A stretch of DNA of 64,000 nucleotides from Longimicrobiales bacterium. GTDB taxonomy: Bacteria > Gemmatimonadota > Gemmatimonadetes > Longimicrobiales > Gaopeijiaceae. The notes beneath the pieces are model-generated. The model did no database searches. It had not been told where the DNA came from and saw nothing but the letters and a program-made list of their open reading frames with translations. The stretch is from positions 3,104,001-3,168,000 of the forward strand of contig CBDFIQ010000002.1 in assembly GCA_965248195.1 (NCBI GenBank). The letters run 5' to 3'. The first letter of the stretch is position 1, and every line of letters starts with the position of its first letter. Below, piece after piece: positions 48,156 through 56,683 of this stretch. The position numbers and the translations under genes are program-made.

Positions 48156-49037
48156 CTACCGAGTAACGGCGACGTTCAAGTAGCTGTTCGTCCAGCAACA
48201 GTGAAATCCGAACGCGTTACCTAGATCCCAGTCGACGGCTTGCAGGCGGACCACATAATCCCCGACCTCGCTGAACCTCGCGGTAGTGGTGAGCGTGAAG
48301 CGAACGTCCGACCCCTCCACCTCGATCTCCTCCTGGCTGAACATCACGTCGCCCGGCCCTTGGTGTTTGGACCAGATAATCCGCGTTCGCCCCAGGGGGA
48401 CCCCCTCCGGATCAGTCGCCGAAATGGAAAGTGTCAGCGGATCGCCGACCCCCGTGGTAACCGTGGGCCCATCCATCACGCTTGTTCTACCTCTTCGTTC
48501 CGCCTGCCCCGCTGGCTCTTCGAAACGGATGAGGGGTGCGCTGTTCCCCCGCGACGACTGCCGTATCTCGTCCATCCGGTAGAGCTGTGAGCTGGACCCA
48601 GGGACCGAGTAGGTCTGGTCAGCGATCCGGAGCCTCCACACCACCGTTGGAGCCGCAGCCAGGTCTGCCAGATTCACGGTGAAGACACAGAATCGCCGGC
48701 GGTAGACGTCCGGAACCTCCTCGAAATGTGTCGGTTGCACGCCGTCGAAGCCGCTCGGTTCGATGAAGTTGTCCGGACCCAGCGGAATGTCCAGCTCTTG
48801 GGCCAGGTTCAGATTGTGGTATCCAAAGCACAGGTCGATGGTACCGTCGGGGTTCGGGAACCACCCATCGAACAGCGGGATCACCGGCTGACCGGACGGG
48901 CGCAAGTTGCGTAGCATCAACCCCCCGGCAACGCTAGGTACCTGATTTGCCGGATTCTGCGCGCTGAGGTGGCCTGCGTCGGCAGCGGAGAGCCCGACCA
49001 CCAGAACGGCTACCGCGAGCGAGCCCCTAGCTCTCAT
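48156..49037 (-). CDS. Exported hypothetical protein with PKD/Ig-like domain and HCCWTN motif, copy 2
   Basis: GQPVIPLFDGWFPNPDGT...FGYHN-N...IPLGPDNFIEP...QPTHF; FSEVGDYVVRL; paralog of 20534-21436. Confidence 0.8.
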   Translation of the reverse strand: MRARGSLAVAVLVVGLSAADAGHLSAQNPANQVPSVAGGLMLRNLRPSGQPVIPLFDGWFPNPDGTIDLCFGYHNLNLAQELDIPLGPDNFIEPSGFDGVQPTHFEEVPDVYRRRFCVFTVNLADLAAAPTVVWRLRIADQTYSVPGSSSQLYRMDEIRQSSRGNSAPLIRFEEPAGQAERRGRTSVMDGPTVTTGVGDPLTLSISATDPEGVPLGRTRIIWSKHQGPGDVMFSQEEIEVEGSDVRFTLTTTARFSEVGDYVVRLQAVDWDLGNAFGFHCCWTNSYLNVAVTR

Positions 49038-49107
49038 CGGGTCCCCAACGTGCACGGTTGCGAACGGGAGCCTCCGCGCCGAGCCCGGAGCACGTCTACC
49101 TCCCGGC

Positions 49108-50568
49108 CTACAGAACAGGCCTGTCTCGCCTCTCGGCCAGAACCTGCTCCCTCTCTCGGACCAACCTCTCGAAGTCCTCTTCGTCGTCGAAGTAAGTGAT
49201 GCCGATCCGAGCGTGGGACATTTCGTCGACCGTCCGGTCACCCCGCACGACCCACTGATTCGGGTCGGGGTTAACGGGGTTGTCGGCCGTGTTGTCGAAC
49301 ACGTTGGTGACGGTGAGCACGGTGCCTTTCGGCAGCAGGGGCATCACATGATCCTCGTAGAGGAAGGCGGTTTGCCACGCATGATGCCAGTTGAGCTTGC
49401 TGATCACCTCCCACCGACCGTCTGGGTATATCGCCTCAATTATCTGGTACTTGCCCCGCAGGTGCATATGCCCGCGGAGGCTGTGGATCCGGGCGGGTCT
49501 GTCCATTACGTAGACGCCGCGGAAGGTCACCTCGCTATGCGGGGGAATAAGGAGGTCGACCTGGCGCGGGAATTGCGGATCGGAACTCGAGCCACCTCTC
49601 CCCCCCCCACTTCCTCGAGCCGGGCCGAATCCGAGGCTGGAAGCGACCTCGTGGCCGAACCCCGTACTCTGACTAGCCTCGTGTATGACTTCGCCTGGGG
49701 TCTCAAACTCCGGAACCTCGCCCTCCGGGTATAACCAAAACCCGAGCTGCAACGAGGCATCTACGTCCCGGTCGATCGGGAAAAGGTGCATGCTGAATCG
49801 CACTTTGGCTCCCGGCTCCAGTGCCTGCCCCGTATCATCGGGGAAGATATATCCCACCGTTCCTGCCGCAGAATGCCCAACAGAGACCCTCCCTCCATCC
49901 TGCAAGATGGAGGGGTTGGCGTGGTGGAAAACGTACCTCGTTTCGGCGTCTGCCGGCCTGAGTTCAACGGCCCGGATCCACCGGGTACCCTTCGTCAGTC
50001 CCGGCACCTCCATCTCCAGGTTCGGCCAGTGATCCAGCTCGTTCGCCGGCACCAGGTACCGGGGGGAAGCAAGCACGATGTCCGGCGGGCGACCGAAACG
50101 CTCGGCGTATTGCCAGTCGTTCTCAAACGAGGCCCATTCGATCAGGGGCGGCATGTGCGCTGGATCCCCCATCGGCGCACCCGAGTCGACCCAATGCAAG
50201 ATGGTCTGGATCTCGTCGTCACTCAGGGAAACGTCGTTTTTGAATTCCTGGATCCCGATCGTGTGATCCAATGGCCAGGGCGGCATGGTCCGGCTCGCCA
50301 CCTTCTCCCTGATCAGTGGTGCGAAGGGGCGAACCTCGTCATAAGAGGTCAAGGGCATGGGCGCGATGGAGCCGTCGCGATGGCATGTTTGGCACTTATC
50401 CTGGAGGATCGGCGCCACGTCTCTCGTGAAGGTGACCAGGCCGTCGGATTGCTGCCCAGAAACAGGCCCCGGATAGACAGCCATAGAGGCCCCGAAGACC
50501 AACGCAAACAATCCTAGCCCCCCGAGCGCCCTCGAACCCCGTTGTAACCTGCCGATTCCGCTCTTCAT
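49108..50568 (-). CDS. Cytochrome c-fused copper type II (PHM/DBH-like) monooxygenase, copy 2
   Basis: CQTCH...MPPW; VFHHA, SMHLF, GHMHLRG, DEM; AAGGAGG RBS before ATG 50568. Confidence 0.85.
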   Translation of the reverse strand: MKSGIGRLQRGSRALGGLGLFALVFGASMAVYPGPVSGQQSDGLVTFTRDVAPILQDKCQTCHRDGSIAPMPLTSYDEVRPFAPLIREKVASRTMPPWPLDHTIGIQEFKNDVSLSDDEIQTILHWVDSGAPMGDPAHMPPLIEWASFENDWQYAERFGRPPDIVLASPRYLVPANELDHWPNLEMEVPGLTKGTRWIRAVELRPADAETRYVFHHANPSILQDGGRVSVGHSAAGTVGYIFPDDTGQALEPGAKVRFSMHLFPIDRDVDASLQLGFWLYPEGEVPEFETPGEVIHEASQSTGFGHEVASSLGFGPARGSGGGRGGSSSDPQFPRQVDLLIPPHSEVTFRGVYVMDRPARIHSLRGHMHLRGKYQIIEAIYPDGRWEVISKLNWHHAWQTAFLYEDHVMPLLPKGTVLTVTNVFDNTADNPVNPDPNQWVVRGDRTVDEMSHARIGITYFDDEEDFERLVREREQVLAERRDRPVL

Positions 50569-50722
50569 GGTCCTGGCCTCCTTGCTCTCCGCCGAACGGT
50601 GAGAGTCATCTCTGTCTATCCACAAATACGAGTGGACATCCATAAAAAGTGCACATCCATAATAGATGACGAGCTGCGGTATGACGAGCCCCCTTTTGCG
50701 ATCACCCTCCCAGGCACACGAC

Positions 50723-51541
50723 TCACGGCGTACCCAGCGGAAGACCACGCTCCGTGAACACCTCCGCCGCAACCCGAGCCGCATTGGATCCGGTCGGCCA
50801 CCCGGCGTAGAAGGTCACGTGCGTAATGATCTCTTGGATTTCTTCCTGGGTCACCCCGTTGTTCAGTGCCCGGCCGATGTGTCCCCGCAGCTGGTCCGTT
50901 GCGTAGGACGCCTGAGCCACCGCCACCGTGATCATGCTGCGGTCCCGTGGCGACAAGACCGGACGGGCCCAGATGCCGTCCACCTCGTCATACAGAAGGC
51001 TCCTGGTCAACGCGGAGAGGTACGGAATGGCCGGATATCCGGGGTTCCCCCCTCGTAAATCGATTCGGAGGTCGACCGGCTCTACTGGCGGGGGAAAGGC
51101 CAGGCCCCGTCTTTCGTACACATCCGTCGCCACTCGAGACGCATTGGACGCCGAGGGCCAGCCGGCGTACATGGCTACGTGCGTCATGAGCCCGGAGATC
51201 TCTTCCCGTGTCACACCATCGTCGAGCGCACGGCCTAAATACTCCCGCAATTCCTCGGTGCGGTAGAGAGCCTGCGTTACCGCTACGGTCACCAGACCGC
51301 GGTCCCGTCGGGAAAGTCCGGGACGCTCCCAGATGTCCCCGAAGAGAAGGCTGCTTTCCAGCTCCGAGAGATAAGGCGCGGCCGGGTACCGAGCGCCTCC
51401 AGCCTGCTGCGCCGACCTCGATGCGGACACCGGCCCGGCGTTCGCTTCCGTGACGTTCCGAGCACCCCCGTCCCCACATCCCGAAGTGAAGGCCATTCCA
51501 GCCAAGGTGAGGGTCGATAGGATCGTGCCCGAGCGGGTCAT
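50723..51541 (-). CDS. Carboxymuconolactone decarboxylase family lipoprotein, tandem domains
   Basis: Two copies of IW-RP-LS-RDR---TVA...AL--GVT-EEI----TH---YAGWP; lipobox TSGC. Confidence 0.88.
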   Translation of the reverse strand: MTRSGTILSTLTLAGMAFTSGCGDGGARNVTEANAGPVSASRSAQQAGGARYPAAPYLSELESSLLFGDIWERPGLSRRDRGLVTVAVTQALYRTEELREYLGRALDDGVTREEISGLMTHVAMYAGWPSASNASRVATDVYERRGLAFPPPVEPVDLRIDLRGGNPGYPAIPYLSALTRSLLYDEVDGIWARPVLSPRDRSMITVAVAQASYATDQLRGHIGRALNNGVTQEEIQEIITHVTFYAGWPTGSNAARVAAEVFTERGLPLGTP

Positions 51542-51559
51542 TGTCTGCTCCTATTCGGG

Positions 51560-51599
51560 GATTACTGGCTTCCGACTACGATTACTAGCTTCCGACTAC
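51560..51599. repeat. 20-bp tandem duplication overlapping a stop codon
   Basis: GATTACTRGCTTCCGACTAC twice. Confidence 0.85.
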
Positions 51600-53920
51600 A
51601 TGGAAACGAGGTAGGTCGCCTTGATGATGAGCCGGCGGTCCCGGAACTCCTGAGCGACGGGAATGCCGTTGATGTCCCGGCGTACCTCATCGTAGACAAC
51701 GTAGAGATCACTTCCGGGACGATAGATGTAGCGGAAGCGAACGCTCGTGCTCCACTGCTCGGTTGAAGAGTTGTACTGCGTCAGCGTCCGGAGGCTCAGG
51801 GTCGGAGAGAACGTGTAGTCGACCCGGAGGGAGCCGAGCTGGGTCACGAAGTCTCCAACCGGGAGGTCCACGTCGTTCCGGGCGTATTGTACTGCCGTCG
51901 AGAACTTGGAGGTAATCCGGGATCCGAGACTCAGCGAGAGATCCTTACGGTTCCCACCGTAGAAACCCTGAGGACGGTAGGTGATGCCGTAGCTGACCTG
52001 TCGGGATGGATCGCTGTTGAAGCCGATTCTCATGTCGTAGAAGTTGTATTTCCCGGCGGGGATGGAGATGCCCTGTAGAGAAAACGGCGCGTCCAGACGT
52101 TCGAAGTCGTCGTTGTAAACGAAGGTGAAGCTCGCGCTGTTCTCGAACGTGACCCGGATCATGTGGTGCAACTCTCGGTATACGAGCCGTCCGGCCTGGT
52201 CCGTCGTAAGGACCACATGCCACATCGGCGTCATTACCCGAATCCCCCAAAAATCCGGCCTGGGGGTCCGATTGATATGGAACTTGGTCGAGCGGACGCC
52301 GACCCGGGGCACGAAGCCCACCTCCGCGTTGAAGTTGTCCCCGAGGTCAATGTGGTCGAAATAGATGTCCCAGGAGTCGCTCAGCCAATGGGCCCGGAAA
52401 TAACCTGCGCGGTCCTCCGAAGAGATTTCCGGAGTCTCGGTCTGGGCCAGGAACCCATTGATCCGTAGGCTCGAACCGAACGCGAGCGCGGCATCTGCTG
52501 CGTAGGTGCGGTTGTAGTCCCCACCGCTCGTAGCCTGCCGGTTGATCAGGATCGCCCCCACCTTCGAACGGCTCAGGATGTCACGGCTATAACGTGTCAC
52601 CAGGAAGTTCTGTCCGGGTTGGCCGAACGCGTCGTCGGTCTGGATGTTCATCACCGCGACGTCATTCTGCCCCACCTTCCCAGTCATTCTTGCCCCGGCA
52701 ATGATCGGAACCTGTCCGCCGCTTTCATCAAGTCCGATGCGGCGGGTGAAGAAGAGGTCGGCCCGCTGGCCCGTGCCCGTCGTCCCCACGTTGAACTGGC
52801 CGGCGTTTTCCAGGAAGAAGTCCCTCTTCTCCGGGAAGAAGAGAGGGAAGCGCGTCAAGTTCACCTGCTCGTTGTCTGCTTCTGCCTGCGCAAAATCCGT
52901 GTTGAAGGTCAGATCGAGGTTCAGGCTCGGGGTGATCCCGTATTTGAGATCGAGGCCTATATCGCGGGAGATCGACCGGGTCGACACCCCCTCGCTGCGC
53001 TCAGCCTCGCCTCCCGCCGCCACGAAAGGTTTGATTCGCAAATCCCGGCCCCGGCTGAGGCCCTCGAGTCCGCTCAGCGTGCCCGCGAGGCTCACCCGAG
53101 TGAGCCCGTAGGGGAGCGGAATCGGGGCCCAGAACACCACCTCGTTCCGATGAGGGATGTTCCGCATGAAGTTGATCCCCCACGACTGGGGGCTCACGCT
53201 GGGGAACCGGAGGGTAACCATCGGGATTCGAATCTCTGCAACCCACCCCTCAGGGGTCCTGCGCGCGGACGCATCCCAGACCCCGTCCCACTCCAGATTT
53301 ATGTTCGACGAGGTGCCACGCCGCGTCCCTTCGCCCTCCCGAGAGACCTGCTGGTCCAGCATCGCTCCGAGCGGGCTCACGACGAACATGTACGCAGAAT
53401 TGGAGTCCATGAACGTGTCGAGGATGATCTGGAAGCTGTCCTCGTTCATGATCTGGCGCCCGTCCCGTCGCATCTCGGTGGCGGTGACACGTTGCGGAGA
53501 GGAATCGAAAGCGAGGACGCCTACGTAGAGGTTCGCCCCGTCGAAGAGCACGCGAACCTCGGTCCGTTCCGTGGCAGGGGCACCCTCCAGGGGCTCCTGC
53601 TGGACGAACTCGTCGATCAGTGCGGCTTGTCCCCATACCTGGTCGTCCAGGACGCCGTCGATGACCGGACCCTGCTCGACCCGCACGGCAGGGAGCTGGT
53701 ACCGCTCACGGTTGGTCTCGGCCGGGGAAGTGGCGGCGGGCTCCACGAGCGCGCCCCTCGAGCGTTCTTCGTCAGTAGTGACCTGTGCCCATGCTGGGAG
53801 CGCAGTCACAGCCAACAGGAGACCGGTCGCGAGCGGTGCGGTGCGACAGCGGACGCTGCAACGCCGGGAAGCGTTTACTCGGGAAGCGCTTACGGTAAAC
53901 TCCGGGTGAGGTTGACTCAA
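51596..53920 (-). CDS. DUF5916 / CBM9-like domain outer-membrane protein, copy 1 (start uncertain)
   Basis: IDG-LD---W, W-AE-RIP---LRF, NTDFAQ-E-D, NLTRF-LFFPEKR-FFLE, FFTRRIG. Confidence 0.88.
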   Translation of the reverse strand: MSQPHPEFTVSASRVNASRRCSVRCRTAPLATGLLLAVTALPAWAQVTTDEERSRGALVEPAATSPAETNRERYQLPAVRVEQGPVIDGVLDDQVWGQAALIDEFVQQEPLEGAPATERTEVRVLFDGANLYVGVLAFDSSPQRVTATEMRRDGRQIMNEDSFQIILDTFMDSNSAYMFVVSPLGAMLDQQVSREGEGTRRGTSSNINLEWDGVWDASARRTPEGWVAEIRIPMVTLRFPSVSPQSWGINFMRNIPHRNEVVFWAPIPLPYGLTRVSLAGTLSGLEGLSRGRDLRIKPFVAAGGEAERSEGVSTRSISRDIGLDLKYGITPSLNLDLTFNTDFAQAEADNEQVNLTRFPLFFPEKRDFFLENAGQFNVGTTGTGQRADLFFTRRIGLDESGGQVPIIAGARMTGKVGQNDVAVMNIQTDDAFGQPGQNFLVTRYSRDILSRSKVGAILINRQATSGGDYNRTYAADAALAFGSSLRINGFLAQTETPEISSEDRAGYFRAHWLSDSWDIYFDHIDLGDNFNAEVGFVPRVGVRSTKFHINRTPRPDFWGIRVMTPMWHVVLTTDQAGRLVYRELHHMIRVTFENSASFTFVYNDDFERLDAPFSLQGISIPAGKYNFYDMRIGFNSDPSRQVSYGITYRPQGFYGGNRKDLSLSLGSRITSKFSTAVQYARNDVDLPVGDFVTQLGSLRVDYTFSPTLSLRTLTQYNSSTEQWSTSVRFRYIYRPGSDLYVVYDEVRRDINGIPVAQEFRDRRLIIKATYLVSM

Positions 53921-53923
53921 AGG

Positions 53924-53940
53924 CTAGTCTAAAAGACTAG
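53924..53940. promoter_or_regulatory. Perfect palindrome, candidate operator in a divergent intergenic region
   Basis: CTAGTCT-AAA-AGACTAG. Confidence 0.45.
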
Positions 53941-54119
53941 TCGCTTCTCTTGCCCAAGAACAGCGTCGCCGGCCTGAGGTTTTCGCGGAGCACAGAGCCG
54001 CCGTACCTGATCTTGACGCTGTGGCCCGGATGATCTCTTTTTGCCAATCGGTGGATCCCGGAAGCTGAGGGCGCCGATCCGAGAAGCATGAAGCTGGCAC
54101 CGTTCTTCCGATCTTGACC

Positions 54120-56057
54120 ATGGCCAACAGTCTGAAGTCGCGCTCCGTGGATCGCCCTTACCGGATCATCTTCATCGTCTGTGCGGTGATCACGGTCGGC
54201 GCGGGGGTCCTCCGGAGCCCGGCCGTAGACGAGGATTTGAGGGAGCACCTTCCCGAGCAGGCGACCGGGCAAGGGTTCACGACCTCGGTCACGTGCCAGG
54301 CATGCCATCCGGCTCAATACGACGCTTGGCACCGTTCCTACCATCGGACTATGACCCAAGTGGCGACGCCGTCCACGGTGCTGGGAAATTTCGATGACAT
54401 GGTCCTCGAGGACCGTGGCTTCCAGTATCGATTCGAGCGCCGGGACGACGAAATCTGGGTCGAGATCCCCGACCCACTCTGGTTCGAGAACCCACCCTGG
54501 TTCATGCAGATCATCGACCCCGACTGGCCCGAGACGCCACCGCGGATCGAGGCGCGGGTGGTGATGGCCACGGGCTCTCATCACATGCAAAACTACTGGA
54601 TGCGCCGACCGGCCGGGGGAGAGGGATCTCTGAGGCCTGATAATGGAGCACTCGTTCAGCTTCCCTGGATTTGGCTGATCCAGGAGGAGAGATGGATTCC
54701 GAATCAGGATTCGTTTATCTCCCCCCCGAGGCCCTCTATTGAGGGGCCTGCTCTATGGAACGCGAACTGCTCTCAGTGCCATTCGGTCGCGACCGAGCCG
54801 CGGACTACGGAGCGCTTCGACCGTTTCGACACCCGGACGGTGGAGTTGGGCATCGCGTGTGAGGCCTGTCACGGTCCGGCCGAGGAACACGTCCGTTTCT
54901 ATCAGTCACCGGTGCGGCGTTACCTGCAGTACTTTCGCACGTTGCGGGGCCAGGATGCCCCCGATCCGACGATCGCCAACCCGGCAAAGCTCGACCCGCG
55001 GCGCTCCGTCGAGACGTGCGCTCAATGTCACAGCTTCGGAAAGTGGCGAGACCAGGAGGGATTCAGGAGGAGTGGAGTCCCCTTCCGTCCGGGAGATGAG
55101 CTGGAGGAGCACAGGTCGGTGTTCCGCTACACGGAAGATCCCGAAGATCCACTGTTGCTGGAAATGTTGGAGACCGAACCCCTCGCCCTCGACGGCAGGT
55201 TTTGGCGCGACGGAACCATTCGGGTCGCGGGGCGGGAGTACAACGGGCTCCTCGAATCCCCGGGTCACACCGATGAGCTGACGTGTCTATCGTGCCATTC
55301 GATGCACGAATACGAGGCGCCGGACAGGCAGCTCGATCCCAATGTCACCGGAGACCGATCGTGTCTGGGTTGCCATACGGACTATGCGGATGAGATCTCG
55401 GAGCACACTCGCCACCTTCCCGAGTCCTCTGGTAGCGAGTGTATGAATTGTCACATGCCGCACACGACCTACGGCCTCTTTTCCGCCATGCGCAGTCATC
55501 GGATCGACAATCCGAGCGCTCGGGTTTCGCTGCAGAGTGGGCGTCCTAATGCATGCAACCTCTGCCACCTCAATGAGACCCTGGAGTGGACGAGCCAATA
55601 CCTCAACGAATGGTACGGGCAGCCTCTCGTGGAGATGGGCGAGGATGAGCGATCGATCGCCGCCTCAATCCTTTGGGTCATGAAGGGGGACGCGGTTCAA
55701 CGGACAATCCTTGGTTGGCACATGGGATGGGATGCGGCTCGGGAGGCCTCCGACCCGACCTGGATGGCTCCGTATCTGGCGCAACTTCTCGTGGATCCAT
55801 ATTCCGCGACCCGGCAGGTGGCGTATCGATCCATTGGCAGCCTCCCGGGCTTTCAAGACTTCGAATACGACTATATCGCCTCCCGTTCGGAACGTGAAGG
55901 AAAGGCCGAAGAGGCCATACAGCGTTGGCTCGTGGCCGGCGGACCGGCGAGGGTCGGGGCTCATCTTCTCATCGCCGAGGACGCCAGGATCTACATCGAC
56001 GTGTGGGCCCGACTTCTGGCGGAACGGGACCTGAGACCGTTGACGATCATCGAATGA
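54120..56057 (+). CDS. Membrane-anchored octaheme c-type cytochrome with C-terminal helical domain
   Basis: Eight CXXCH motifs: CQACH, CSQCH, CEACH, CAQCH, CLSCH, CLGCH, CMNCH, CNLCH; N-terminal TM. Confidence 0.9.
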   Translation: MANSLKSRSVDRPYRIIFIVCAVITVGAGVLRSPAVDEDLREHLPEQATGQGFTTSVTCQACHPAQYDAWHRSYHRTMTQVATPSTVLGNFDDMVLEDRGFQYRFERRDDEIWVEIPDPLWFENPPWFMQIIDPDWPETPPRIEARVVMATGSHHMQNYWMRRPAGGEGSLRPDNGALVQLPWIWLIQEERWIPNQDSFISPPRPSIEGPALWNANCSQCHSVATEPRTTERFDRFDTRTVELGIACEACHGPAEEHVRFYQSPVRRYLQYFRTLRGQDAPDPTIANPAKLDPRRSVETCAQCHSFGKWRDQEGFRRSGVPFRPGDELEEHRSVFRYTEDPEDPLLLEMLETEPLALDGRFWRDGTIRVAGREYNGLLESPGHTDELTCLSCHSMHEYEAPDRQLDPNVTGDRSCLGCHTDYADEISEHTRHLPESSGSECMNCHMPHTTYGLFSAMRSHRIDNPSARVSLQSGRPNACNLCHLNETLEWTSQYLNEWYGQPLVEMGEDERSIAASILWVMKGDAVQRTILGWHMGWDAAREASDPTWMAPYLAQLLVDPYSATRQVAYRSIGSLPGFQDFEYDYIASRSEREGKAEEAIQRWLVAGGPARVGAHLLIAEDARIYIDVWARLLAERDLRPLTIIE

Positions 56058-56551
56058 GTGCCCGGTCCGGAGCGTCGCAGCAAGACGCCTCACACCAAAG
56101 CGCCTCGCAGCAAGGCGCCTCACGCCTTGGGGATACCTCCCGCCTGCATCTGAAAGTGGGGTGGTGGTCCCTCCTTTTGTTCCTCACGCTGGGTCTGATC
56201 CTGGAGACCCTCCACGGGTTCAAGGTCGGCCTCTACCTCGACGTCTCCAACAGCACGCGCCGCCTGATGTGGACCCTCGCGCACGCTCACGGCACCCTCT
56301 TCTCCATTCTCAATGTGGTCTTCGCAATGTCCATCCGCCTGACGCCTGACTGGAAGGCGTCCAGCCGAACTCTTGCGTCGAGGTGTCTCCTGGGTGCGCT
56401 GCTTCTCACCCCGCTCGGCTTCTTTCTCGGAGGAGTGTTCATTCAGGGAGGCGATCCCGGCATCGGCGTGATTCTGGTGCCGCCCGGAGCCTTTCTCCTG
56501 TTTCTCGCCGTGCTTCTGACTGCGAGAGGTTCCAGGGAATCAGAGAAATAG
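56054..56551 (+). CDS. Four-TM membrane protein with HAHG motif
   Basis: ATGA coupling to the cytochrome gene; LE-LHG...LAHAHG...P-GFFLGG; N-terminal AS(Q/H)Qx repeats. Confidence 0.8.
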   Translation: MSARSGASQQDASHQSASQQGASRLGDTSRLHLKVGWWSLLLFLTLGLILETLHGFKVGLYLDVSNSTRRLMWTLAHAHGTLFSILNVVFAMSIRLTPDWKASSRTLASRCLLGALLLTPLGFFLGGVFIQGGDPGIGVILVPPGAFLLFLAVLLTARGSRESEK

Positions 56552-56683
56552 TGGATCACAGGGTTGGGCCAGGGATGGCCGGTCTCCCTACCTAGTCGAT
56601 ATGTTCCGCTTCGACGGGCCACCGTTCTAAGGCTTCGTTCCAATGAACGCGCTACGGCCCGAGCCTTCGTGGGGAGGAACCGG

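Noticed and set aside
54120..56057. Hydroxylamine oxidoreductase or octaheme nitrite reductase
   Set aside because: Eight hemes alone are insufficient; there is no CXXCK, and motif spacing and the C-terminal region do not resemble those enzymes as far as I can judge by eye.
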